DNA of 64,000 nt from Takakia lepidozioides (taxonomy: Eukaryota; Plantae; Bryophyta): the NCBI GenBank assembly GCA_030704615.1, contig CM060732.1, positions 34,968,001 to 35,032,000 on the forward strand. Direction: 5' to 3'. Shown one piece after another: positions 1 to 12,969 of this stretch (positions within the stretch are counted from its first letter, which is position 1; every line of letters starts with the position of its first letter). A program made the translations under genes and the position numbers. Under the pieces are notes generated by a model, which was not told the DNA's origin, did not search any database, and was given only the letters and a program-made list of their open reading frames with translations.

Positions 1-23
1 TGTCTCTAACTGGGAATCATCCC

Positions 24-2967
24 TCACTCCTCATCACCTGAGTCATAGGTGTACTTGTCCGAGGAATGCAAGCTACGCTGGGCCTCCAATTTGGAGGATG
101 ATGAGGCCGAGTCCGAGATTACATCATCCTTCGAACCACCCCCTGCTACTGGCTCTCCCCCATCCGGCCGAGCCACTGAACTACCCATCCCCACCCCTAC
201 AGATATACTATCCTCCGTCAATTGTGGCGTCTTGGCCATTGAGGCTACAAGGACCTTCCACCCCTGAGTCTTGCAAAAGTTGTGCTCGATGGCGGAGAGA
301 GGCCTCTCAAACTTCTTTTTCTGCACATGACATACAAATGCAATGACAGGTCAGAATTCATAATGGAAGGGAGAAGCTAAAAAAGAAGAATGGGTATGAC
401 AAGAGAAAGAACACTTACGAATCGGGTGACAAAACTCTTACTTCCGCCGGGGCCTCACTTGTGTGTTGATTCCGCACACTTCTCGAAGCGGGCTGCAGTT
501 GCCGCACGTCCCCTTGCGAAGATCTCCGCCTTCAGCTCTTCCCTCTCCCCTACGATGAGAGCCTCCCAAGATATCTGTCCAGCCCCAACAAAAAACTATA
601 AATGTTAATGAAGGGTGAATGCAGGGTTGACTGGACCAAAATGGACGTTACCGGCACAGTTTTAGATGACTGCAATTGATGGTGTCATCAATTTGAATCA
701 ACTCATTAAAACCAGCAAATATATATGTCATTGAATTCCTAGCTTCAATACGCACCCATAGCAACTCTCCAATCATTAATCCGATAAGAAATGACTCTGC
801 TATGGACTTTTGAACACCGTCATTGTGTACCGCAGTGAATGGAATTACAATGGACTCAAGTTCTCATTATGTTCCATTAGTGAATTCCATTGAAATTTGG
901 ACTTAAGGTGTCCATTTTGGTCCACATCATAGGTATGGATTTGAAGTGGCAAAATCATTTGTCATTTGACTCATATGGACTAATATATGTAAAAACAATA
1001 GGCGTTTTTTGAAAAGTCCATAGCTCATCTTGTTTTTTGGATTTTGGGTGTCATTTTTTTCTAGAGCTATAAAAACCTATAATCTTCAATGGCTAGGTGG
1101 CATATTGAATTTATTTTGTAAACTCTAAGTTTTAGTTTTTCATAATTTCTCTAAATAATAGACTAAAATATTTAATGAATTATATCTTTAATATTTGGGG
1201 TAGAACTCTTTACTAAATATGTTCAGTATACGATTATCTATCACTAAAATTTTTTTTTGGATAGTATCATCAACTTTTTGTTTTTTGGTCATGGACTTTC
1301 ATGGAGCAGGATCTGCCGTTTTTGGTCCACTCAACCCTGCAACTGCCCTTAACTCCATACCGCAATGAACATAAAAGACACCAATGACAAGTGAAGTGCG
1401 TCTTACCTTGGTTATTCCATGTGGCATGGTCGTTGGTTCGACCCCGCCTTTGAGTGCCTTGCAAATGGTTTGTCGCGCACGGTACCTCTTGTCCTTGAGG
1501 TTCTTTCCCACCAGCTCCAAGAGCTTCCCCTCATTCCACTCACCCAGAAATGTGCCCTCAAGTGCTTGTACGAATGCTTGCCTATGGCGATGTGATTGAC
1601 GTGGTCAATCAATATGCCAAGGGAACCACCTCGCCGCCAAGTCGAAGGCTACTTTTTTCATGGCCTCCCAATACTCACCAATGGGGTCACCGACCTTATT
1701 GGTCTCTAAGGGGGGCACCTTCATCTTTGGCAAATCAAGGTTGCGGGGACCCGAGGTCTTTACCTCGTCCACGCTCTGCTGAACTACCTCTCCCTTGTCT
1801 TTTGTTGCCCCGCTAATGCCCTCCACCGGCTGCACGCTCATCTGAACTAGCTCCCCCTGTCTTTTGTTCCCCCACTAGTGCCCTCCCCCGGCTGCACCTC
1901 TCTCCTTCTACGCCTCTTTCTCTTACGCTCCCTCTCTTGGGCCTGTCCTTTCCACTTCCCCTCCACTACTTCCCTACCCTCCTTGATGATTAGGGGAACC
2001 TCGAGGACACGACATCTTTTCCTTTTCCTCTTACCGTCCCCACGGGTAGGCACCACCACTATCCCTGCTTTGTCGGTGGCAATCCCACTGCTTGCCACAA
2101 GCTTAGCCACGAATGCGCCAAGCTCCTGAACACAAAACCCACAAAATTATAAACAAACCAGAAACAAAATGAAAGGCAAAGGAAAGAAAAAAATGTGAAT
2201 GAAAGAGGCTCACCTTTGCGTCCATGACCTCAATGTTGCCCTCGGTCCCCGCTTGTGGTGCACCCCCCATAACGCCCTCTCGGAATAAGGGTGGAAGCCT
2301 ATCCTATGCACCCAATAGGCTCGCAGGCGGCGCCCCAAAGTCCAGGGTCTTCTTCATTGACCGTTTAGGCGACGGACTTCGCAAGGGGCCCTCCATAGCC
2401 AGTGTCACCCTCTCCTCTTCCCCCTCCCTTTCCAGTGCCCCCTTATTTCCCTCTTCCCTCTTCTTGTCTTCCTCCCTCTTCCTTTCCTCCTCCTTCCACC
2501 TCATTGCGGCCTCCTTTGAAGCCTCCCTCTTCTCCCAAGGTGAGGAGGAACCCACCCCCTTTTGAGTCCCCCCCCTTATAGGCCCTCTTGGCTGCAGAAG
2601 AAGGGGAAAAGGCATTGGCGGTGGGGCTAAGATCAAGTTGCCCATACCTGGCGGCAGATTTGAGAATGCGCTTCCCCGCGTAAAAGTCAGGGCCCTCCAT
2701 CAGCCTGTGGGGTGGCGTCCCAGCCTGAACATTGGGTGCACCACCCTCAAGTGGAGGCTCATCCCCAGCCTCAACCATCGAGGGCGTGGAGGCCTCGACG
2801 GCCTTACGGCTTGGTCCTCTCACATAGCCGCCTATAGGGCTAGTGAGTTTGGACCAAGTGGACCGTGTCACACGGCCGTCAATGACGGGAGCGTTGTCAG
2901 GCTTCCCTACCTTAGCGGCAGGCGATTTCTGCTCCTTCGGCGGCGCCTTCTCCTTGTCCTTCGCCAT
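24..2967 (-). pseudogene. Spliced, degraded EnSpm/CACTA TnpA-like (Transposase_24/Ptta-like) gene
   Basis: Chain of minus-strand ORF pieces (2443-2967, 2304-2645, 1847-2110, 1605-1841, 1299-1520, ~420-580, 24-326) separated by GT..AG introns (e.g. donor GTAAGT near 418). The segment W-EALIV..RFEKCAESTHKxGPGGSKSF..KKKFERPLS resembles the 'R-x-K..H-x-x-G-x-G-G/Y' motif of CACTA ORF2 proteins. Confidence 0.45.
613..1348. mobile_element. MITE-like non-autonomous DNA element (PIF/Harbinger-like) in an intron
   Basis: Imperfect ~30-bp TIR: GGGTGAATGCAGGGTTGACTGGACCAAAA on the left and TTTTGGTCCACTCAACCCTGCAACTGCCC on the right. AT-rich non-coding interior. Right flank is TTA and left flank GAA, so the TSD is imperfect. 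Confidence 0.6.
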
Positions 2968-3039
2968 ACTACCAGCTTATCCCTGCGCCCACAACACTAC
3001 TACCGTGTGATTTCACATGCCAAAAACCAACAAGGCCTG

Positions 3040-4293
3040 ACCCTCCCTCTTCCCCTCTCTCCCTCTCCCTCTATCTTTATGTCCTCCTCCATCTCTCCCT
3101 TCTCTCTCTGCTGATAAGCAAAAAATGAAAAGAGGGGGGGGGGGGGGGGGCTGAGAGCACCAGCACTTGCCTGCTATTGTCAGCCCCCCACCATTCCAAA
3201 AAGAAAAAAGTGGGGGGGACTGAGAGTAGCAGCAGCAAGTACTTGCTGCTGCAGCTCTCAGCGCCCCCCACCATTGCCAAAACCAAAAAATGAAAGGTCG
3301 GGGGGGGGGGGGCTAAGACTAGCAGCAGCAAGCTGCTTTCAGCACCCCCCCACCATTCCACAAACAAAAAAGGAAAAGGTGGGGGGGGGGGAAGTGACTG
3401 AGCAGCAGCAGCTGCTGAGTCACCCCCCCCCCCCAACCTTCTTTTTTATTTTTCTTCCCTCATCTCTCCCACTCTCTCCCTCTCTCCCTCTTTTCCCTCA
3501 TCTCTCCCTCTCTGTCCCTCTGTCCCTCTGTCTCCCTCTGTCCCATCAGGATGTGGAGAGAGAGGGACTGTTGAGGCGGGGAAAAAAAAAAAAAACGGTG
3601 GGGGGTGGGGAAGTGACTGGAGCAGCTGCCCCCCCCCACATTTATTTTTTTTTTTCCCCTCAACAGTCCCTCTCTCTCCCTCTCTCCCTCGCTGCCTCTC
3701 TCCCTCCCTCCCTCTCTCTCCCTCTGTCCCATCACGATGTGGAGAGAGAGGGAGAGAGGGAGAGAGGGAGAGAGAGGGAGCAGCAGCTCAGTTCCCCCCC
3801 CCCACATTTTATTTTTATTTTTATTTATTTTTTCCCCTCTCTCTCCCTCTCTCTCCCTCTGGACACTGGGCTTATGGAATTGTTGTCCCGACTTCCATTT
3901 TTGAGGAAATTGGAAAACAATTGCAAAATTGGGTTGCATGGAATTTTGGATGTTTTTTTTAATCCAAAATGAATTTTTTCTAGTGAAATATTTCTTCACT
4001 AAAAAAACCTGTGAGTTGCAAAACTCCCGTGAGTTTCTACTTTTTCAATCCAACCTGGATGAAAAAAGGACTTCATCTGACGGGACCTAAATACAAGGCA
4101 AGACAGGTAAAAAAAAACCCCATGTTTTTTCATCTAACCTAGATGAAATATGGACTACATCCGTTGAGTGCAAGACAGGATGAAAGCATATGTCTTTCAT
4201 CTTCCACGGATGAGAAACGGACAACGTCCGTCGGACGGACAGACTGGCGGATGTTTTTCATCCTGAGAAGGATGAATGACGGGCCAGACAGGG
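3040..4293 (-). mobile_element. 5' terminal region of an EnSpm-like element: low-complexity CT/GA/poly-G repeats plus GGATGA subterminal repeats
   Basis: Repeated GGATGA/TCATCC motifs at 4050-4280 end in ...GGGCCAGACAGGG (CCCTGTCTGGCCC on -). Lies upstream of the TnpA-like gene. Confidence 0.4.
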
Positions 4294-6243
4294 GAAAACC
4301 CTGCGCAACCCTAATGTCTTTCTTTTTGCGATGCAAGAGTGCGCGCAATGGTGGCTTGTGAGGAGCGATGGTGCTCGTGCTGCAGATACCTTGAGCTGCC
4401 AATCCTTGAGTGTTTATGGCTCCTGTGAGCGACGCCTGGGCGGGCTCTTTAAGGCGATGGCGGTGGCTTGAGAGATGAGGGAAGATTCCCTGTCTCGGTT
4501 GTCTGTTTTTTTGCTGCACAAGGGAACCGCGGCAGTGGTGGCGGAGGTACCACCTGCATGCCTATGACGTTTCCCTAGGAGCCCTCCTCTGGATCTTTGA
4601 TGAATGGCGACACAAAGAAGTCTCTCTCACTCCGTTTATAAACCCTACCTTTTGAGACCAAGCTCTTTTTTTCTTATGCTTGGCAAGACCTTGCTTTGGT
4701 TAAGGTAGCAGTGTTGTGGTGCTGGCGGAGTCCTCCCTGCACGGTTAGGCTTGTGGAGAGATGACGACTCTCCCCCAAACAGTAAAAAAGGTTTTTTTCT
4801 GTTGGTTTTGCTTCCTTGCTTGCTTTGGCATTCTCTGCGCTTAGATTGAAGTGTATTTGACCTCGATAGCAAGTGTGGAAGCCTGCTACTCACCTCGTGC
4901 ATCCTCACTAACTCACAATGCGTTGTGGTTGTTTTTGGGACGGGCACAGGTGAGGGCTTCCACTTAATATTCTGATGTCTAGGTGCTACTGGATGCCAAG
5001 TGGGATTGCAGAGCAGGGGAAGGAATCGCTTGCCAGGGACTCATCTTAAAATGTTGAAAAACTAAACTACTCTATGGTTTTTCTTGATCCTACCTCTTTC
5101 CTTACTTGATTTTGGAAGAACAAGTGTAATGCTTTCTACGATGGGCTAGTTCGGCTCAGCCAGTGGAAAACCTCTGTTATATGGTGACAGCCTGATTTAT
5201 GATGGCGTGTGTGAGAGACACACATCTGTTTTCCAGGCCCTAGTTTGCTTTGCTTACCTTATGGTAGTTGGAAACAAAGTGAGAGGCTGCAAGGAAATGG
5301 TTGCTGCAGCTACTCGGCTACCTCTGTTGGTAAAAGGCCCCAGTTATGTTCCAACCTAGATGGCTTTGTTAGCTAGATGCTTAGGCCAGGGTATGATGAA
5401 GTTTTTGCCTGTGGCTATTTGGTTGACATTGAAATATGGCAGTAATATAAATGGTAACTGGTTTTTGAGGCAGCCAGGGTGGTCAAGTGGAAATACCCCC
5501 TGGACATGGTGTAATGACATGGTCAAATGTGGAATGATGTGAAGGGTATACTGACAGTATCATATAACTGTCACATTATGTTGCAGTCATTTATATTTAC
5601 CTTGTTGTGTCATGAGCTTTGATTTTCAGCTGTAGCAAGAAATAAAGGTATAGGGATGTTCTGGAAAACTTACCAGACATATCCACATCCCCTGTGGGGG
5701 CAAGCTGTACTGCACACCAGTCTAGACAAATACTGGCAAGGCAAGGTATTTAAATCTATGATATCCAAGTGTTCATTCCTTTTCAAGAAAACCCTCCATG
5801 ACACCCATGGGGTTTTAGTAAGTATGCTTGGATTACAGCTTGCAGACAGTAAATCTGTATGACTATATGACCTGCAACACATCAAGGCCAAAATATGGCC
5901 AAGTACCCGCCATCCCACCCAGACGTATGTAAGTGTATCATGATCTTGACTGATGGGCAATCAACATCAGTGGCATACTCTCTAGATTATGAATAATACT
6001 GACATGAACACACTACTGTGCATGGATGTAATTCTGGATTTTATAAGCTTGATGATTGATGGATGGTGCCACTGTTAAGTGGCTGATATGTCTATTTATT
6101 CTTTCATGGCAACGACCTTAGGGGTCCTGTCTTTGTCTTGACATGACAAAAAGTATCTTCCCTCTCTTACTATCCAGTATGCTTAGTGGTTTCTGCATAC
6201 ACTATCCTTTGGTTACCAGGCTAAATTTCCAGTTTATGTGCAG

Positions 6244-6645
6244 AGTTCCACCAAACAGACTCCGGAATGGATTGCTGAGCTGCAGGCCATGGGATATCAG
6301 CCACCGCTGCCCCCTCCAATCCCTGCTATTCAGGCTGTGTTGGCACAAACAAAGCCAATGGACTTCCATGCTAAAGTGCAAGCATTGGACTCAGCAGCTA
6401 TTGATTCAGGTGATGACAATCCAATCGTGTTGCTTAAGACTTTGGCCCTAGAGGACTGGGTTAAGCTGTCCCTATCTCCAAATAAAAATGGCAAGTACAT
6501 GATCAGACTGATTGACTATCATGAACGTATGTCTACTATCCTTGAAGAGGATACCAAAGAACTCTCGGAATGTGGTCTTAAAGGAGAAAAGATTGAGGCT
6601 GCACTACGTCTGGCTAACCCTGAAGACAAACAGGCCCCTTCTACT
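6244..6645 (+). pseudogene. Orphan coding-like exon, truncated by the repeat at 6640
   Basis: Open frame after a TGTGCAG acceptor with protein-like composition (TPEWIAELQAMGYQPP...EKIEAALRLANPED). No family recognised. Confidence 0.3.
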
Positions 6646-7582
6646 GCTGTCACTCCCCCACCGCCCCACCTTTTGTTTTTCTTTTTTTCCCCTCAACAGT
6701 CCCTCTCTCCTTCTGTCCCTCTCTCTCCCTTTTTTCCCGCACTGTCCCATCAAGATGTGGAGAGAGAGGGAGAGAGGGAGTGATGACGGAAAAAACAAAA
6801 AAAAACAGGTGGAGGGGGGGGGAGTGACTGAGCTGATGCTGCTGCTCAGTCACCCCCCCCCCCCCCCCCCCCCCCCCCCCTTTTTTTTTTTTTTTTTTTT
6901 CTTTCCCTCATCTCTCCCTCTCTCCCTCTCTCCTTCTTTTCCCTCTCTCTCCCTCCCTCCTTGGAATTGGCCGGTTTTATCAGTGTTAATTTCCTGTTTT
7001 TCCATCTATACCGGATGGATTATGACAGGGTGGACACTAAATTACCTCTAAGCTGAGTCTATGATTTTTTTTATTCTTCTTTTATTGACTTTCACCCATA
7101 CCGGATGAGTCACCAGAGAATGAGGAATTACCTCTGTAGAGGTTGACACTGGCATCCTATCTATCATTTTTCCATCCATACCGGATGAAAAATACCAGGA
7201 TATTAATTCGTCTTATTCCCCTTTTATGCCTTTTTTCCGTACTGGATGAGGCTTTTCTTAAGGGATGATGAATTACCTGTTAGGATGAAAAACCGTTGCC
7301 CTGGATGATATGTACTGTTCTTTCATCCTAATAATGGACCTTCTCCAGTTAGATGAACTTATTAACTTTTTCATCTGAACCAGATGAAAAATGCAGCTTA
7401 TGATGGCCCTGGAGAATTGTTTAATTGCCCTTAATTATGGCTTATTAAGGAGTGAAACCCTAACCCCTACCCTATAATCTACTGTTTAAACCTAGCTAAC
7501 GGATGACATCCGTCGGGTTTTTGAGATAAAGGGTGTTGATTATTCATCCTCCGTGGATGAAAAATCGGGCTTTGCCCTAGGG
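6640..7582 (-). repeat. Second copy of the low-complexity + GGATGA subterminal-repeat end
   Basis: Shares CTGTCCCATCA.GATGTGGAGAGAGAGGG and CTGCT.AGTCACCCCCC blocks with 3400-3800. Many GGATGA motifs at 7010-7560. Ends in GGGCTTTGCCCTAGGG. Confidence 0.5.
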
Positions 7583-8729
7583 TATCTCTCCCGCCGTCAG
7601 CTGCACTCCTCGTGCTTCTGAGCTCGCGGGCTGAGAGTTATGGCGTCTGAGCTCTGCTGCTGCCATGTCTGCTGCTTCGTGCCCATGCCGGACAAGCTTC
7701 TGGGGATGCGCAATGGCGTCGTCTTGTCTCTTCTCACAGACGGGAGACCCCGATGTGATGGCATCGTCTCTTTCTCTCATTTGGCTTTTATGTTTCGCAG
7801 TGGTGCTTGTGTGGGGAAGTATTTATATCTCTCTCCCTTCTTAAACCTAGCATTTGTATGCTTCGCTTCTCCTTAGCTATGTTGGAAGTGGCTTGCTGGT
7901 GGCGATGGCGCACAATTACCTTCCCCAATCGCTCAAGGTGCTTTTGGTGATTAGGGTTCCTTTTACTTCATGTCTTTCTCTCTTGTTTTTGAGGTCCTTA
8001 GTTGACATCGATGACAAGTGTAGGGGTCTGTGATTCACCTAGGGTTCCACAATCCTCACTAACTCATTGGTTTTTGTGGGGGCTTGTGATGGATCATGTG
8101 AGGATCCCTACTTGCTTTGAATTCTCTTGAGCTTGCAGATAAGGATGTGAGCAAAAGGAACATACTACTGCTGCCTGCAACCCCGATTTCGGCCTGCTTG
8201 CTCCCGGTTTGACATGATGATGGTTGCTTTTGACTTATGTTTTGCTGCCGTTGATGTAGCATTTCGGCCTGGCAGCATTGTCTCTTGCAGCACAACATGT
8301 GAATCTTACCCTGTCTTGAATCTGTAATAGCTTTGCCTGTGGATTTTTAGACTAGGTACATTTTTGGCCTTAAAAGAGGATTGATGGTGTAAGGGTAAAG
8401 GCATCAGTGGCTGTTAGGTTCTAAGGAAGAGGAGGCCCTGTTTTTAAAGATGGCAGCCTGATAAGGTAATGACAGGCCGTTTTCGGGCCTGGATTTGATG
8501 TGGAATGGAGCATAGTGAGGTTCTATTTGCAAAACATGGCATTAGCCTCCTGGAAAACAATGGTGGTAAGCTCTAATGGACCTATGCCTGTGATTATTTG
8601 CCTCTTTTTGCCATCAGACCAGCCACCTGCAATGTCTGATTTATTTTGGCCAAGTGGGCTTGGTCTCGGGCACTCAAAATGTATGTGTGCCCATATCTTG
8701 ATGTTATAACATGGCAGGCCTTTCTTCCA

Positions 8730-9300
8730 TGCCAAAATGCCTTATATGATGCATATATGGGGCAACTGTACATGGTGTAGAATGAAGTTGCAGTCTGTCT
8801 TGTCATGCCCAAAGTGGGTCACTTGGTTGCATGTTTGGAGTCTGATAAACTGCAGGCCGGTCCATCAAGACGCTTGTGTACACATGTCTTGAATCTGTAC
8901 AATGGCAGGCTGTTCTTACCTACCCAAGAGGCCTTGCATGATGCATGTCTTGGGGTACTTACAAATGGCCAAGTGTGAAGCTGCAATATGTTTTGTCATG
9001 ACCAAGAAGTTTACTTGGTTGCATGCCTGAAATGTAAAAACCTACCCAAGGAGCCTTGCATGATGCATGTCTTGGGGTACTTACAAATGGCAAAGAGTGA
9101 AGCTGCAATATGTTTTGTCATGCCCAAGAAGATTACTTGGTTGCATGTTTGAAATCTGGTAAATTGCAGGCTGGTCCTTCAAGGTGCTTGTATGAACATA
9201 CCTTGAATCTGTAGTAGGGCAGGCTGTTCTTACCTACCCAAGGAGCCTTGCATGGTGCATGTCTTGGGTTACTTACAGGAATTTGAACATGCTGCAGCAA
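8730..9300. repeat. Tandem repeat, ~190/123-bp units, 3-4 copies
   Basis: CCTACCCAAG(G)AG(G)CCTTGCATG.TGCATGTCTTGGG.TACTTACA recurs at ~8919, 9041 and 9232, with a diverged copy near 8730. Confidence 0.8.
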
Positions 9301-10295
9301 TCTGATTTTTCAGTACACAAGATGCTTGCTTATATGCTTGTCTTGTTGTCATGACCTGTACATAAAAATACCCCGCCCTCCCACCCTGTTTTATCATGAA
9401 CGATTGGGTGAAATCAATTGGGAAGTCATGACAAGAATGGAAGTGTTAGATGGTGCCCTGTTTATGGGCTGTTTATGTCTTTAATTGACAATCACCCTAG
9501 TGGGTCTTGTCAATGTCTTGACATGACATGAGTATCTTCCCTGTCTCTCCATGAAATTGAAACTCAAGAACACTTCTTCTATTGTCCTATATACTATGAG
9601 ATCCATGGGGATTCCACTGTCTACTCCGTGGAACCCAAACTCTCATTGAAATCTCTCACTATGAAGATCAGAAATGCATGGCTGCTTACCAGCAGTTGGG
9701 CGCCTCACGCAGCAGCTCCTTCACACTAGCGCTCCGCCACCAGGTCGCGTGGGCACACTCCCTCGCTCAAACAACGGAAAAATAAAATAAAATAAATAAA
9801 TAAATAAAGGGAGAGAATGAGGGAGAGAGATAAGGGCGAGAGGGAGAGTGAGAGCTAAGAGGGAGAATGAGAGAGAGAGAAGGAGAGGGAGGGAAGCTCC
9901 CTCACGCGGCAGCTCCTTCACGCTGGCGGTCCCTCCCACGGCGCTGGCGTTCGGCTGGCGCTCCATGAGCAGGTCATGGGGGGCGCGCTCCCAACTCGCT
10001 CAAACAGCAAGAAAAAACAAAACGACATAGAAGAGGGAGAGAGAGAGTGAGGGAGAGGGATTAGGCGAGAGGGAGAGTGAGAGAGAGGGCGCGCGTGGGT
10101 TTGAACGCTGTGGCGCGTCCGTGTTGCGTCACCGCCGCCGGAAAACGCTCCGGCGCGCAAGGGTAGTTGCGCCCGGGAGAGCTCGAGAGCAAAAAAAAAC
10201 AAAGTATGGATGGAGGGAGGCGAGGGGAGGAGGGTGAGGGAGAGAGAGATCAGATAGAGAGATTGAGAGGGGGAGTGAGAGGCGGTCGGTGCAAA

Positions 10296-11313
10296 TGTCG
10301 CGCTGCTTTTACTCACCCATCCCTTCGCTATTCGAGGCGGAAACTCCAAGATAGAAGAGTTGGAAATCTCTAATTACTCAGCCCGCGCAGAACAATCAGT
10401 CATGACCTACAGCTAGTGTATCATGGGGGTGATTCCTATTTGTTTCCCTTTTGGCATTCATGTTAGCTACCTTACCATTTATAATTAAGTATCAGTTTGC
10501 TTTATCAATCTATTGGATTCCATCAACTCATCCATTCATTCCACAGCTTCACTCAGATCTCTCTACACAGTGTGATTGTATCGTAAAAGTATCCGATTAT
10601 GATTTATCAGGTATCAGGCCGAAGCCATTGTGTCTCTAATCTGCTCTACAATATCATTATAGCCTTGCATATAACAAGCATCTGCTCATCATCTCTCTAT
10701 CTTCACTTCCGTTCTTAATCTCCGCCCGATCCCCTCTCCTCCTGGCCAAAAAGTCCTCCTCAAATGATCTCTCTTCCCCCTTTATCTTCCTACCCGTGGT
10801 TCTAACCGTCGTCTGTGAACTAACATGTTCCCTTCGCAGGTGTTGTTCCCCACAGTTGTTCCCTGTCCTGCTCTCTGTTCCCTATGATCGTGACAGCTGT
10901 GTCAAGCTGTGACTGGCTGTGTGAAACTGTGACGGGCTGTGACTGGCTGTGCGACTGTGTTTGGCTGTGTCGGGCTGTGACTGGCTGTGTGGCTGTGTCG
11001 CTGTGTCGGGCTGTGTCGACTGTGATGGCTGTGTCGGCTGTGTCTGCTGTGACGACTGTAACGGGCTGTGTTGGCTGTGTCGGCTGTGATGATTGTGACG
11101 GGCTGTGTTGGCTGTGATGGCTGCGTCGGCTGTGACGACTGTGACGGGCTGTGTTGGCTGTGTCGGCTGTGACTACTGTGTCGGGCTGTGTAACCCCCCT
11201 CTACAGTGCGCTGCTGTCACCCCTAAGGCTCCTGTTGGTCTTAGTCTGTGCAAAAATTAAGGGTACCCTACAGATCCCGTATAAGTGTCTAAGTCCCCGA
11301 CAGTCCTCTAACA
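10296..11313 (-). mobile_element. LTR of Gypsy family A (1018 bp), internal domain absent
   Basis: Highly similar to 59686-60716 and, reverse-complemented, to 52589-53647. TG..CA ends (TGTTAGAGG...GCGACA on -). Internal GGCTGTG microsatellite. Flanks GCAAA and GGTAT do not form a TSD. Confidence 0.95.
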
Positions 11314-12498
11314 GGTATCGCTTCGTCGTAGTCAGGAGCTCGTTGTATAATTGTGGGTTTAATCGTGTAAACCTCTGGTATTGGTTTTTGTTTTGGTGTA
11401 GGGGTCAATGCCTCAATTGCCCGGAATAAAGTTTTTTTGCAGCGTGGAGCAATTTTTAGTCCAATGGTAATTTGGGTCTTGGTCTGGCATATTACTTCAG
11501 CCAATTCTGTTTCCGTGGTTTCATTCGTGGTCTTCGTCGTTGGTCTGATTTGAATATCTGGAGTTGGATCTCCAGAAGGTATATGGGTTCCTTATTGCAT
11601 TTGAGCTATGGCTTTGCTTACCTCCTGGTGTAAGCTCTTTTCTTCCTGCCATGCTGTACTTTCTGGATACTGTTTCCGTTCTTCTTCAGATTCCTTGTCT
11701 GGAGGTTTTTGTTTCTTGGCCTGAGGTCGGGTTACCGCAAGGGTATCCACTACAAGAGTTACCACACTCATGGCTACACTTGGTCCGGCTTCCATATTTC
11801 CCAATTATGCCTTATGCCTGATTTGCAACTGGCATTCATGTTTCCAGTGTCTCTCTTTCTTGCAATAGTGACATCTCGTGGTTTCTTTGTTTCTGGGTTG
11901 ATGTTCTCTATCATCTCGTTGCCTCTGATAACGATTACCCGTATTGTATTGTCTTGGTCCATCCGATCCTCCCCGTCGGACTTGGACTTGGTGTACCCCC
12001 ACCTCTCGTGTGTACCCACTTTTCTTGGCCCGTTGATTGTAAATACAATGGTTGGTATTATGATTGTTCATATGACAAATATCACAATATTTATCTTTCA
12101 TGTGGCATTCTGTTGCCAAGTGGCATGCAGTCTCGCATTTGTGACACTATGTTGCCTTTCGTGGTCCTTCATCTTTAAAATTCTTGATAGTCTCTGCTAT
12201 CTTCTAATCCAAGGTGGTTTTGTCAATCACCTCTTTCTTCTTTTGCTTGGGTTTTTCTTCATCATCAAAGTTTTCTTCTTCCAAGGGATCCTAGGAATCT
12301 TTACTTCTGCTATGATTGAATTCCAGTTTCAATTTCTTTACAGTTCTTATTGCTTCAGCCAAAGTGTTGTTAGGCATGACTGTAACCATGGTTACATATT
12401 TAGGACGAAGTCCGTTGATGAACCATGACTTTTAATTTGCAAGTCATCACCTGGTGCTTGAGGTAGCTTCCTGATCAGAGTCTTCATTCTCTCCAGGT
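11314..12498 (-). pseudogene. gag: gag / pre-protease fragment of a related Gypsy element, interrupted by the LTR
   Basis: Zinc knuckles (CHMKDKYCDICHMNNHNTNHC; CHYCKKERHWKHEC) and AEVICQTKTQITIG, homologous to but diverged from the gag-pol at 57140-57862 and ~56780. Confidence 0.85.
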
Positions 12499-12724
12499 CC
12501 TAGTTATCATTCCTGACGTGACATGGCGCTGACACGTTGGCCGTCACGTTCGACGTGCGTCACGTTCGACGTGCGTCACGTCACGCCGAATCCGGACGTT
12601 TACCCACGTAATTTTTTTTACACTTGACTTTTACGATTTACTTCTACCCTTTGTAATGACATGGCAGCCACGGTGTAAAACAGACGTGACCATTTATTAG
12701 TATTTATTAATTCTTTAAAAAAAA

Positions 12725-12882
12725 TGAGTCCGCCAATATTGGCGGTCGCATATAATTTATTATTTTTAATTAAAGCGACCGCCCATATTGGCGGCCGCCC
12801 GTAATTTATTTATTTTTAAATGAAGCGACCGCCCATATTGGCGGTCGCCCGTAATTTATTACATTTTAAAATAAGCGATCGC
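12725..12882. repeat. Short array (3-4 units, ~50 bp) of the palindrome GCGACCGCC-N6-GGCGGTCGC
   Basis: Units at ~12728, 12775 and 12825, plus a remnant at 12874, separated by A/T tracts. Same motif as the array at 25975-26782. Confidence 0.85.
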
Positions 12883-12969
12883 GTGTTTTTTTTTTATCTT
12901 AGAAATCCAGGGACCCGCCGTGTGGGGCGTTTTGTTTTTTATTTTTAATCATGAAGCGGCGCCTCAGCC

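Noticed and set aside
2995-3005. CACTACTACCG as a CACTA start
   Set aside because: It lies in the presumed 5' intron of the minus-strand gene, and no matching TAGTG end or adjacent subterminal repeats were found.
3077-3999. Long ORFs in the CT/GA/poly-G region (also 6512-7051 and 9721-10373)
   Set aside because: These are low-complexity translations (LSLSLP, ERER) of simple repeats.
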